A model generated the notes under the pieces. It did not search any database. It was not told where the DNA came from and saw only the letters and a program-made list of their open reading frames with translations. A stretch of 64,000 nucleotides of DNA. Source: the human T2T-CHM13v2.0 reference genome, Homo sapiens. The stretch is taken from NCBI RefSeq assembly GCF_009914755.1, contig NC_060930.1; one strand, written 5' to 3'. How positions within the stretch are numbered: the first letter of the stretch is position 1; the number at the start of each line of letters is the position of its first letter. Shown here piece after piece: positions 29,397 through 45,940 of the stretch. The position numbers and the translations under genes were made by a program.

Positions 29397-29489
29397 TCGA
29401 AATAAGACTTTTTACCTCATCCACACACCCCACTGAAAATCATGTTTGAAATCCCGCCTTCCATATGGAGCCACCCTCAGAACACGACG

Positions 29490-29523
29490 TGCAGTGCTTG
29501 TAGTTGACCAGCAGGTGGCAGAA
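29490..29523 (+). promoter_or_regulatory. CTCF binding motif with upstream (ZF9-11) module
   Basis: Core TGACCAGCAGGTGGCAGAA matches CCASYAGRKGGCRS perfectly. TGCAG lies 13 nt upstream of the core CC. Confidence 0.72.
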
Positions 29524-30519
29524 CAGAACAACCCATTCTCAAGAAAAACAGGCAGAGGAAGAGAACTGGTGGGTGGACCATCAGGGAGGGAGTATTTGTA
29601 TCCTAACACCCGCCAAAATTGCAGTAGGAACCCGCAAAGGATCCTGCATCCAACTAACATCTGAGGGTGGCTCATAAAATGAAAGCAATCAAGTATCCAT
29701 TAGCTTCAACAACCTGGAGATTAACACTCAGAAGTGTATCCTGTGCGTTCATGGGACAGTATGGGTGAGGCGTGAAGGAGAAAGCACAGAGGGCGTGCCA
29801 GCATCCCAGGGGCCATATCAAATGACCTGATCCCTAAATGATGCGGGGTGCTTATTAAAATACAGACCCGGGGCCCACCCTAGACAACCAGAGCATGTGA
29901 GGAGAGGACCAGAGAATCACCTGGGGGCCTCACGAGCCAAGCGGGGGCCTGGCTGGCTTGTGCACTACGGCACTGCCATAACCTGCCCACAGGTGAGGAG
30001 TCACCTTCCACCATGTGCTCAGGGTAGGCAGCAATGTAGAGGCTTGGCAGAGACTCGCCTGCCCCTCGCTGCTCAGCACACAGAGGGTTCAGTAGGGTCG
30101 CCTGTGACAGTCTCTCTACCTGTACCCTCCCCAGCCTCCTTTTACCCTAAACCCTCATCTATGCCTTCCCTGTCCTGTTCATTCCACCTCCTTCTCACAG
30201 TAGGAATGAATTGGTTTCCTCCTTTGCATCTTCAATCTCTTTTTCTAGATAATACGCTCCTTTCCCTCTGCTGACAACCTCTGATCCTCTACATCAGACA
30301 GCAAATCGCCTCTCCTCAGCTGGCTGCTCCTCTGAGTCGGCACAGCCCCAGCCTCTGCATCCCCAGCACTCCCTCTTCCTTGGCCCTTGCACCTTGGCAT
30401 CCACACTGATCCTTCCATGGGTCCCCAGCCACCTCACAAATGAAGACACTGAATGTGCTGACCGGGCTGGCTCTGAGCCTGATTGCCAGCCTCTAGTGTT
30501 TTTCTACAATATTTCTACT

Positions 30520-30821
30520 CTTTTATTTTATTTTACTTTGAGACAGGGTCTCACTCTGTTGCCCAGTCTGAAGTCCAGCAGTGCGATCTCGGCTCACTGC
30601 AACCTCTGCCTCCTGGGTTCAAGCGATTCTCCTGCCTCAGCCTCCCAAGTAGCTGTGACTACAGGTGCCCATCACCATGCCTGGCTAATTTTTGTATTTT
30701 TAGTAGAGACAGGGTTTCACCTTGTTGGCCAGGCTGGTCTCAAACTCCTGACCTCAGGTGATCCGTTGGCCTTGGCCTCCAAAAGTGCTGGGATTCCAGG
30801 CGTAAGCCACTGCGCCCGGCC
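30520..30821 (-). mobile_element. AluSx-like
   Basis: Full dimer. Confidence 0.94.
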
Positions 30822-31589
30822 TACTCATACCTTTCATGTTGCTCTGGTTATTCCAAACCTTTAGGTTTTCCCTGAAGCCTACTTCCACCTTCCCTCCCAA
30901 ACTCAAAGATAACCTCCCTTTGCATAAAACTACAAAGAGTCAAGCCCCTCCTTTCTCCCTTTCCCCTCACTCCCTGAGGAAAGCCCCTGCCCCTCTTCCC
31001 TCTGGTTCTTCCTTTTGGCCTACACATCCTGCCCAATCAACCACCAACTCCAGCCCTGATCTTGTCAAACTGCTATCCCGGGGCCTCTGCCTCATGAAAC
31101 CCAAGCTCCTCTGCCTTCCATTTCATCCCCAACAACAGAGTCCAACCTGTCTGTATGGACTCCCCAGTTCTCCATACTCTTCAGCATCATCCCTGACCCT
31201 TGAAGCGGCTGTTTACCCTCTCCATTGGGAGAACCGGCATAGTACCAGGAAGCCTGGTCATATGGGATTTCCCTCCTTTGCACCGTGGGTTACTGATGTC
31301 AGACCACTGACACCTCACCTGTCCATCAGTGATAATCAGTTCCTTAAGAAAAAATTTAACTTTGTGGATGGTCAATAAAATTTTACTGGATAATGTAAGA
31401 AGCAAAGCTTTAGTCTTTTCCTTTCCCCTCTCAAAAATATGCTGGAACAACACAGAGAGAGGCAAATAGCACAAATATTTGAATCAGGCAGGGCTGGGTT
31501 CTAATCCTGATTTCAGCAGGCCTGTGTATTGACCATTGATCTCGGGCAATCCTCTGGGAATCGCCTCCTCTCAAGAAAAAGAACAGCAA

Positions 31590-31608
31590 TACTGCCACCT
31601 AGTGACTG
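31590..31608 (-). promoter_or_regulatory. CTCF-like motif (reverse orientation)
   Basis: Minus strand CAGTCACTAGGTGGCAGTA; one mismatch to the core consensus. Confidence 0.4.
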
Positions 31609-31814
31609 TATGGGGCAAGCATGGAGCACTCAGGAGGCACTCAGACCTATCTTTTTGAACTTGAGAATGTGCAGGATATAATCAGCAAAAGGAATAGGTA
31701 AGGGGCTATTGATACCAGTTATCAAGGGGGGAAACACTGGTGCTAAATATTACACTGTGGCTTAAGTTGCAGAAAAAAGGGATAAAATTATGAAAGTTTT
31801 CAAATATTATTTAA

Positions 31815-32527
<713 letters not shown>

Positions 32528-32840
32528 CTTTGAAAGTTCCCATTTGAAAATGTTTTTTGGGTTTTTTGCTCAATTATTCCATGACAATAAATGCATTCTC
32601 ATAGCTATAATCAAACTAAAGAGAATTTAATTATCACCCTCAAGAAAACTACAGTTTCCTGCTCCCCAAAACACAATATTAAATACCCATATTATCACTT
32701 TTCAAGATTGCACAGGTAATTTCTAATAGGTCCCACACCCACATCTCAAGGTCAATTTAGCCTGCATGAAAGAAAACAACTGAATGAAAATAGAACACAA
32801 GATTCTTCATATGCAAAAATGACTGTGTAAAAACTATATA

Positions 32841-33178
32841 GGCCAGGCACGGTAGCTCACACCTATAATCCCAGCACTTTGGGAGGCTGAGGCGGGTGGA
32901 TCACTTGAGGCCAGGAGTTTGAGACCAGCCTGGCCAGCATGGGGAAACCCCGTCTCTACTAAAAATACAAAAATTGGCTGGGGTGGTGGCAGGCGCCCGT
33001 AATCCCAGCTACTACAGTCTCAGGCTGAGGCATGAGAATCACTTGAACCCAGGAGGTGGAGGCTGCAGTGAGCCAAGATTGCTCCACTGCACTCCAGCTT
33101 GGGCGACAGAGCGAGACTGTCGCACAAAAAAACAAAAAACAACAAAAAACAAAAAACAAAAAACAACAACAAAAAAAA
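32841..33178 (+). mobile_element. AluS
   Basis: Full dimer with CAAAAAA-type tail. Confidence 0.94.
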
Positions 33179-35737
33179 CCCCTACATATCCAGAACTAAA
33201 GAGTGAAAACTGACAAGTATGCAGGTAATTGCCCTTAAGGAAAAAGGTGTGTGGATATATTTTAGTGGGCTGGTCTAAATATTTTCTAAATATCGTAAGA
33301 CATATGAAACAGGGTGGCTAGGAGCTGCTATTTCAGCTTTTTAAAAGCAATTGTGATGGAGCAAAAATTTTGCCTGTAGACAATAATTAACCTTTCTCCA
33401 AAAGCATCACATATATATCATTCTATATACCAAATGCCACAGCCACAGGAAGTCAGTTGCCCACAGCCTTATAAATCAGTTTACTTGCTTCCTCATTTTC
33501 TGTTATGGACTTTCCTAGCCAAACTCTGTCATGGCAGTTCACTTCAAAATTAAAAATAAAGTTGATTTAATGGAGCCTGGATGAATCCCATCTGAAAGCC
33601 ATTAAAACATACACACCCACTTCCACACAAACCAGAGAATCAGTAGAATTCAAAGACTTATTGAATCCTGAAACTGTAAAGGATCCGAGTGACAAATAAT
33701 TCACATGTCCTATTAATCACAGGAGGTAGACGGGTTCTGTGATTCCAGCACTGACACGGAGGCAGTCAGGAGCACTGCTAGGACTAGAATCCCGTTGTCC
33801 TTGCCCCAGTCCAGGCTCTGCCCACTCTCCCATGCTTCAGGTCTGGCTCTGAAGTTCGTGATTCCCCATTCATAGTCTTCAAGTACATCAGTGAGTCACG
33901 TTTCCGTTTCCTCTCACTGTTCCAAATGCTGGGCTTTGGTAGCACAGAGTTCATTCATTCACAATCATGCTAATTCACTCATACAGAGAGAGAGTGCTGA
34001 CGCACTTAGGAATTATGACTTAACATGCAATTCTCAAATCAGTGAGGCCAACGGCTAACTAAACTTAAAAATAAAAGGAAATCTAGCCCTTAGCACTCAA
34101 AATACTTCCTTTCAACCTACTGTAAAACAACAAACTCACTTTCATTAGGAGATGAAAAGTGAGTCATTTCTTTCTTCCAGTAGACGGTCTCCCCAGGCAC
34201 AAACTCATGCACATTATATTTCATGGGACCTTTTAAATATTTACTTGTTAGCAGTATTCTTCCTTTCGGGTCAAAGATTATAGTATTTAGCAACACAAAG
34301 AAAGCTGAGGGATAGAGTTATGAATTAGTAAACTGCTTTGCCAAGCCTTCCATTTGTTAATTCAGTCCAACTTCAAAGAGGATTTTAAAGAGAGGTTCAG
34401 CTGTCAGAAATTAACTCTAAGAAAACTGCTGAATCAAAAAGTGACTTGGGCAGTTTTTCCCAAACTGGTGTTAAGGAAAAACTGTTCAGTTGTAGGTATA
34501 GGAGCAAAAAGTATCTTCCTATGCAAATAAGCTTAGGGCAAACAAAGTTTTTAAAAGGTTTTTTGTCTTGTTCACTACAGGACTTTCCCAGCCTTTGACA
34601 TGCTAATGTTGCTGTAAATTTCCAGGGATGTGGTGGGGGTCAGTTTATTTTGATCACATTAATTATGTGGTTGGGGGATGTGGATAAAATAGGAGAAATG
34701 CACTACACTGATTCAGCAGCTTCTAAGCAACAGAGAAAGGGTTTGGCTAAAGTACTAGTATTTTTGGTATTCAGTAGCAAAGAACAGTTAGACTCTCATT
34801 CACAACTATTTCAGGACAAGGTGGGAGTATCTATTCAGTCATTTGGGAGAATGAAGCTACGTAGAACTCAATCCTTGAGAGCTTAATTTACTGCCAATAG
34901 GACTGCCAATTTCGCGGGGCTTCTGCAACTCCTCCCCGGCTCTAAGCAAAAACAGCCCCTGTACCTGTTCTTGGGGACTGACGTGACATCGTTGAGTGTT
35001 TTCCCTCAACTCTTTGATCTTCATGCACTTGTCTATTTCAATGTTTTTTGACCATGGCTGTACATCAGAATCACCTAGGGAGCTTTTCACTCCACAGATG
35101 TATGGGCCCATTGCCAAATCTACAAAATACAATACGATTCCCAATAAGCAGCACCGAGAGCTGAAAACCACTCTTCTGCTTCCTAGGAAGAGCTAGACAA
35201 CAGACAAATAATTGAGAGGGTGTGTACTTTAAATTGAGCACGTTGACACTGACAAGGAAAGGGCTACATAGCAAGATTTTAATGAGACCCCAAGTTTACA
35301 GATTTCTCTGTATCACTCACTCAAAAGTGGACTTTTTCTTTTCTAGATGATTTTCACAAAGAAAGAAAAATGTACTTTGAAAGGAGCAAAGTGCTTAAAA
35401 CAAGGAGTGCACCACAAAATCGTTCAGGGGCCGCCTGCTGTGGTTAGCTGGCTGCTGGTTCACACGTGAGCCCAGACCCTGTTCCCCAGCACAAGCCCCA
35501 TCCAGCACATGACCCTAATTTGCAACTCAACATTTCACTATATGTCTTGGACCTTTGCAAGTCACTTTAGAAATTCAAAACCAGAGATTCCCACTATGCT
35601 GAAGCCAAGCCTACTGTACAATATACATCACAGGGTGTAGGCCTCTGCAGGCCTTCTAAGTACGTCAATCACCTACAGAAGATAAAAAGTGATTTTTTGA
35701 AAACCATTTTCTTTCTAAATAATATTTACTTAAGCTA

Positions 35738-36107
<370 letters not shown>

Positions 36108-37477
36108 TTTTTTTAAAACAGATATATTAAGTCTTTTTTACAAAAGTGAATTTCAATAACTTCAATATCATAGGGTAACCTGGAATCAATTATAAAAAGA
36201 TTCTCTCCCTCTTTCCTTTCTTGAATTTTTTTAATCAGCAGAAAAGATATTTATGTACAATGAATGGGTAAGAATAGCACAGCATACAGGTGAAGTTGAA
36301 AGATTTCGGAAACAAAACGCTGAGTCCTATGGAGACAATGGGTAAGAGAAAGTGGAAAGTGAGGGGTCCAGAGGTTGCCATGCCACCCTTGCACCTATGT
36401 GCCACGATCTGTATAATTGGCAGAGGGACTCCAACATGGCCCGACTTTCTCCTCCTTATTATTAGCATGGTGGTGTTTCTGGGTCTCTTCCTCTCCAACA
36501 CTGCCCTTCTTCCCAACCCCAAGAGAAAAAAAGGCCATAAACCCTACTTGGAAGCTAAAACCAAAAAATATCCAGGATGAAAGTATGTTTTCCTTTGCAG
36601 GTCTTATGCAAAGGAAAAGGCATAGAAAGGTAATGGTCTGAATGCCTTCCAGTAGTCAATGGTTGATCCAAGGAATGCAAAGGGGCAGAGGAGGCAGAAT
36701 CTACCTCTGCCTGGCAATGGAGTAAACCTAGACACGCTGCTGAAACCCACTGGACATCAGGACTGAACAACGAAGAGGTTAAATTACCTCCCCAGGGCTC
36801 TCCCAGCATTCCATCCAGGGTTCCCATCCACCAGCACTGACGCTACTTGGCAGTTTTGAATAAACAATACAACATCTCAACTATTGTTAAACTACAATGG
36901 GAGGCCTCCAGCGTCATGTGGAAATTATTTTTAAAATGAAAGCTTTTTCATCAACTGCATGAAAAAGCACTTAATAAATCCAGAAACAGTCTAAAAGGAT
37001 TATGTGGACAAGTCAAAATGTGATTTTGATGGACTAAGTGGATTGCTGAGACACATCATGACATTTAAAACCAAGTGCAGAAACTGAACTGTATTTCATT
37101 TGTTAAAACGCTTAAGATTATAAAGGAGTGATACATTTGGCAAGGTAGCCAAGGTTCTTGAAAGAATCAGCAGCGCCGCAAAAGGACATCGAGGAGCTCA
37201 ATGCAGCTAATTTAAGCAGACCTGCTCCTGAGAGGTGAACCAAGCTTGGTAAGTTTTTTAAGTTCACGTCCGTTTCTCACCCACATTCAATTGGCGGGGG
37301 TGGGGGGGAAGTTCTGAAAGCTTCCATGAGATAATCCTTTAAAATAGTCTCTAGAGGCAGCGGCAGCAGCAAATTATTCATTCCTACCTTGCGTGAGTTA
37401 AGCGTGACAGAAAAACTCTCTCAAGCAGAGTTTGAAGTGCTCAGGGTTCCCGCCTTGCAATCAGAAGTTAAGACCTA

Positions 37478-37744
<267 letters not shown>

Positions 37745-38548
37745 CTAATTCAGTGCTGGCATATGAAGCATCAATCCATAAAAATGGCTGGTTAGTTTCC
37801 GAAGTTTTGATCTGGTGTCATATAGCCTAAAGAACAAAGAATTTACAGGAAATGATTTTAGGAGCCTGGAAATTTTAATTCCATCTCAGATACTGTTATT
37901 TCCTTTTAATAGTAAAATCTACGTAACTATTGATTTGACAAGTTTTTCATTTGGCTGCCTGTGCTATTAATCATCACGGAACTTTAGTCCAAAATTCAAA
38001 TCAAACATCACCATACACGCCTCACTTCCAGGTCCCGGGTACATGTTGTTCGTTTCTGGTTATTCTAGTGTAGACTCCTTGCTTACTTTGGAATTTTGGC
38101 AGGAATTGTTCACCATTTCTGAAAAATCATATCACTGACCACCTAACCGCTTGTAGTGTTTGAGTCACTAGCTTTTCATCATGGTAATTCCACACACATG
38201 TAAGCATCCAACGGTTTCATTCCATCTTCCAGTAAGTACAGTTTTGTGTGAGCAATGAATATGAAAAGGTAAAAATGGCCTTCTTTAATTTCTCCTTACA
38301 TTGCAGGTAGGACATTATATTGACTTTTTAAGCATGCATGAATAGATGTATTATATTGGCTATGTGATACTCATTTCAGGGTAGAAAAAAGATAATAAAA
38401 ATATTTCTTATGACTGAGAAGCACTGACCTACAGGTTATGCCAGCACTTCCCCAGTGACGATGATAATGTCATCAGTGACCTTGATGATGATTTCCAGCA
38501 GAGAAGGCGGTGCAGGTGAAACTGTCCCCCACCTTAAAAATCAGCTTT

Positions 38549-39248
<700 letters not shown>

Positions 39249-39671
39249 TCATAGATTTGGATTTGCTGACCAGACTAAAACAACGTCCAGCGTTTCCTCA
39301 TCTCTTTGTGGTAGGGTGGGTGAAGCTAAACAATCCCACTAATACTGAATGCTGCCTTCATTCAAAGACGACTGCATCCTCACACTCTTAAGTACAATAA
39401 TGAAAATGAAATTAAAGTAAATGGACTTACATGTATTTCTCTTTAATTCAGGTTCACCCATATGTTTCTAAACATTAGACTGCAAAAAGTGCAAGAGTCC
39501 AAGGTCAGAGCTTAGGGCCTGGAGATCCATCAGATTCCCTGTTTAATCATCAGCAAGTCACCTACTCTCTGTGTGTCCAAGTCATCTAGCTGTAAAATTT
39601 GGATCCTATTTGTCTGTTACCTCTTGACCCAGGCACAGAGTATAACCTAAGAAAACATTCTGAGCTACCTA

Positions 39672-40211
<540 letters not shown>

Positions 40212-40387
40212 TCACAAATGCTCAGTTAAGTCCAATCAGATCTCAAGGCAAGATCTCAGGCAGGGTCAGCTTAGTACCTATAGAAGGCATCAGAAAGTAA
40301 CTTTCCAATGTCACCTAAATGCCTTCCCTGTTGGTGCTGAGAGATTTCAGGATACAAGGAAGAATGAAGTACCTTTAAAATGAAGCA

Positions 40388-40688
<301 letters not shown>

Positions 40689-40746
40689 TTAATTAATTAA
40701 TTAAAATGAAGCAACACAGAGGTATTTTAAGGTCCACTCAGTGCTT

Positions 40747-40922
40747 TCTTTTCTGTTCTTTTATTTTCTTTTTCTTTTCTTTTCGAGACCAGTTCTCACT
40801 CTATTGCCCAGGCTGGAGTGCAGTAGCACAATGATGGCTCATGGCAGCCTTGAACTCCTGACCTCAAGGGATCCTCCTGCCTTAGCCTCCTAAGTAGTTG
40901 GGACTATAGGCATGAGCCTGGC
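40747..40922 (-). mobile_element. Alu monomer (FRAM/FAM-like)
   Basis: Single right-arm-type monomer with T-rich tail. Confidence 0.8.
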
Positions 40923-42064
40923 AACCTTCCTTCAATTTGAACTAGCAATGCCTACTGCAAAAATTTAAGTGTTTATCAGCACTGTAAAGGGTCATTAAAC
41001 TTTAGGTTACTGAGTGAAAAAACCAAAGAACATTCTTTCCAAATGCTTTTAAACTTTTATTTTACCTTTTACTTTGTAACCAAAAGAGAACATTGCTCAA
41101 AAAAATCAATTATAATCCTTGCTTCCCTGGGTTTAAGCCATTTGTTTTTCATGAAATTACTATCAATTTAAATGAAAAATAATATTAATACCTTTTAAAT
41201 TCAGAGCTATACTTAAAATTTTCTTAATGTCGTTGCTAAACCAACACTTAGATCTTACTATCCCTATTAGAGCTTATAGTCTGGCAATTATAGGGATCAA
41301 ACACTTTAATTTGTGAGAGAAGAAACTCATGTTTTAAAATAACCCTAACCTCCAATATTTCAACATGTTCTTTAGAAAATTCATCCCACAAAAATGGCCA
41401 CTTCATTCTGTAACATGATATATCTACAAAAATCACTGTGTGTCAGAATACAATAACCACTTGGAAAGGGCTGCCTGCATTTCTAAATCATGTGTAAATC
41501 ATTTGAAAGTATTTTCTCATAATGATTATGAAAGCATTAAATTCAATAGAAAACAAAGGATTCCATTCAAATGTATGTCCCTTCATTTACTTTTTAAGGT
41601 ACTAAATGTATAAAATAGAATCTGGATTAACTGGAAAGAAATGAACATAAAATCTGGTTCCACTATAAATCTGAATCACTTATCCCAGAACTTTCTTCTA
41701 AAGTAAAACTCACCAGGATTGTTGGGAATCTTTTGATTATACTCCCTGGCCTGACTTTATTTAAATAACTCTTTAATTCTGACATAGCAACCATATTCAT
41801 TGTTATTTTTTAAATCTGTTATGTTCTCCAGTCCCAAGCTAAACCAACACTTAGATCATTCAGGAAATGTAAAACACTGCTGGCAATCTGTTAGAAAACC
41901 CTTTAACCTTTTGTTACACATTCAGCACCATCCCTAGACACTTGTGTGGCTATTGCTCAATTGCACCTGTTATGCAGAAAACTCATACAAGAGGAGTACT
42001 ATTTTAAAAAATTTACTCTTAGGTGAATCTAAAATGATTAATACTGATTATAAGAGTTTTTCTT

Positions 42065-42394
<330 letters not shown>

Positions 42395-42684
42395 TCAAGA
42401 ATTTATTTAATAACAAAAACAAAAAACTAAGGCTAAAGAATAAGAAAATGTACACACTTTAACTTTTTCATTGAAAGATCTATCAGACTGCAAACCTATA
42501 AAGCCGATAAGTTTATCATTATTTCACAGGACTACAATGAGATAGCAGCATACAGAAAAATGGTAACTACTAATTAAGCTGGGATTTTTAAGATGTGAAG
42601 ATGAAATATCAGGCTTATGTTTTTAAGCTTGTTATTTTGATATCACTATCAATTTACTAAAAGTTGTGTCAAATTTATAGAATA

Positions 42685-43247
<563 letters not shown>

Positions 43248-43731
43248 TAATTTTTTTTCCCAACAATATGGGGCATTTATCATTTCCCATGGATAAAGAG
43301 AATCCACTTGGAACTGAATATAGCATGCCTTTTGTTCTTTTCATCATTGGTAGGTGTAAGTGTTTAAAATTACATTCTCCTCATCAGATGCATTAAGAAT
43401 CCATGCCTTCAAGGGACTGTGGTGTTGTGACAAATTAAAACAGAATTCCTTCCCGGACAGTTCATAAATCTAAAATGGAAATCATCATGGCTAAATCTAT
43501 GAAGCACCCACAGAAAAAGCCCTCCAAACAAACAGAGAAATTACATTATAAACAAAAATTAATTCAGCTCACATTGTTGTTTGCTGGTTTTCTTTTATGG
43601 AAAGAAGATACCTTCCACTCCCAAAATTAGCTACTTAAGCAATGGCCAAAATATAACTATCAGTTTTAAGCTTTTAAAGCCAAAGAGTATATTGAGAGGG
43701 GATTATTTATACCATTTGAGGATTCTGAGGG

Positions 43732-43883
43732 GTTTTTTTAAATTTTACATTTTTTTTATTTTTTGTAGAGATGAGGTTTGTCATGTTGCCCAGGCTGGTC
43801 TTGAACTCCTGAGGTCAAGCGATCCACCCATCTCAGTCTCCCAAAGTGCTGGGATCACAGGGATGAGCCAACTGTGTCAGCCT
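43732..43883 (-). mobile_element. FLAM / Alu left monomer
   Basis: TSD GGATTCTGAG. Confidence 0.88.
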
Positions 43884-45151
43884 GGATTCTGAGCATTTTA
43901 AAAACACCACCACACACAGTGCTCTAGCCAACAGGGATCTTTGATTAGTGTAAAGGTTTCCCATGCATTCCTGGGTGAGCACTATGAGGTTTGGTGGTAC
44001 CTGTAAATAGTGTTTTGAAGGTCTTTTAACAGACAATTCCTGAACACCTACAGGCTGCTAGATCCCATACTAGGAGCCGAGGAATAAACAGACATAAATG
44101 AGCTCAGCCTTGCCCTCAAGGGGCTCAAAGTCTAATGACAGAAGACAAACTTGAAAATTACCACTATAAATTATTGTAGATATAGTCAGACTTATTTTAG
44201 TCCAAACTCCCCTTCTCGTACTTTAAGTCTCTTATTCTAAGAGCATCTCATCCCTTTAAAACAGAAGCATGTCAGGTACACTAAATGCTACCAAGGAAAA
44301 TATGTATAGTTGCAGGGCAATGTAATTTGATGGAAGTTTAAGATTGGTTTTCATTTTTCTTTAAGAGAAAAATCACATACCTGTACCAACCACATATAAA
44401 AGAGAGAATGTGTAAAACATATCATGAATTTTAAGTCTTACCTGGAACTAATTTTAAACACCACACAGACTCTGAATAAAAGAGATGTGTCAGGCACATT
44501 GGCCCCTTGGAATGGATGGGGCAATAAAAATGTGTTCAGTACCAATACAGTGTTCAGTATGACACTTACACAAGAGCTCCTACGAAAACATTTTAGAAGC
44601 TTCATCATCAGCGTTAAGTTTTGCTAAGTGAGTTGACCACCCAGAGCTAACATGGATCAACTTAAGTAGCTCTAAATATTTTTGTTTCAGAAGTCAAACT
44701 GTTTCTAAGTATCCAACACCTTTCCCATCAGTCAACTAAAAAGAAAAATAAAGAAGTTTGATAGGAACCTTGCAAAGCTCAAGTTTCCCAAAGACAATTA
44801 ATCAGAAGGTTAATGCATTCAGAATGCCAGAGGCTTCCCTGTATTCATGAAAAGCCATGTATGAGAAGTAATCATCTAAGGCAGCAGTCCTTAAACTTCA
44901 AAAATCTAACGAACACTAAGGATACTTTCTGCAGAAAACACAAATGCTATCCCTAAAATCCACAGCTTAGGGTTAAGAAGCCCTGCTCTACAACTAAGAA
45001 GCAAGGAGGGAAGGCTCTTTCTGGTTAACCTCTTACAATAAGGCACAGCTCTCTGATTCTGCAACTAAAATAATGCCTGGCAGAAAGTAAAGAACTCAAC
45101 AATTATCTGGTGAATGAATGAATGAATGATGAGTATGTTATTTGCACTATG

Positions 45152-45455
45152 ATTTATTTATTTAAAATAATTTTTTTTGAGACAGTCTCACACTGTCGCC
45201 CAGGCTGGAGTGCAGTGGCGTGATCTTGGCTCACTGCAACCTCTGCCTCCTGGGTTCAAGCGATTCTTATGCCTCGGCCACCTGAGTAGCTGGAACTACA
45301 GGCATGTGCCACCAAGCCTGGCTAATTTTTGTATTTTTAGTAGAGACGGGGTTTCACCATGTTGGCCAGGCTAGTCTCCAACTCCTGACCTCAAGTGATC
45401 CGCCCGCCTCAGACTCCAAAGTGCTAGGATTACAGCAAGAGCCACCACGCCCAGC
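45152..45455 (-). mobile_element. AluS
   Basis: Full dimer; TSD approximately TGCACTA. Confidence 0.94.
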
Positions 45456-45544
45456 CTGCACTACAATTTAGTCATGACAAATTGTTTCAAATTTAAGGAA
45501 AATATCTGACTTACTTGACTGACATATCCTAATTACTTTTCTTT

Positions 45545-45745
45545 TACCTTTTCTTCTGAAATAATTATAGACTCACAAGAAATTGCCAAAATAGTACAGA
45601 GATTGGTACACTCCTCACTCAGCTTCTCCCAACAGTAACATCTTACATAACCTGCACTGCATTATCAAAAGCAGAAAACTGACTGGCATGAAGCACAATT
45701 AACTAGACAACGGACCTGACTTGGATTTCACCATTTTTCGCATGT
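45545..45745 (-). mobile_element. Old L1 (L1MC-like) 3' end
   Basis: GAAATAATTATAGACTCACAAGAAATTGC..AGTAACATCTTACATAAC. Confidence 0.65.
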
Positions 45746-45760
45746 ACTCATCTAACTACC

Positions 45761-45940
<180 letters not shown>

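Noticed and set aside
30836-31378. Longest ORF in the track (180 aa, Pro/Ser/Leu-rich)
   Set aside because: Non-ATG start, C/T-rich low-complexity composition and no recognisable protein similarity.
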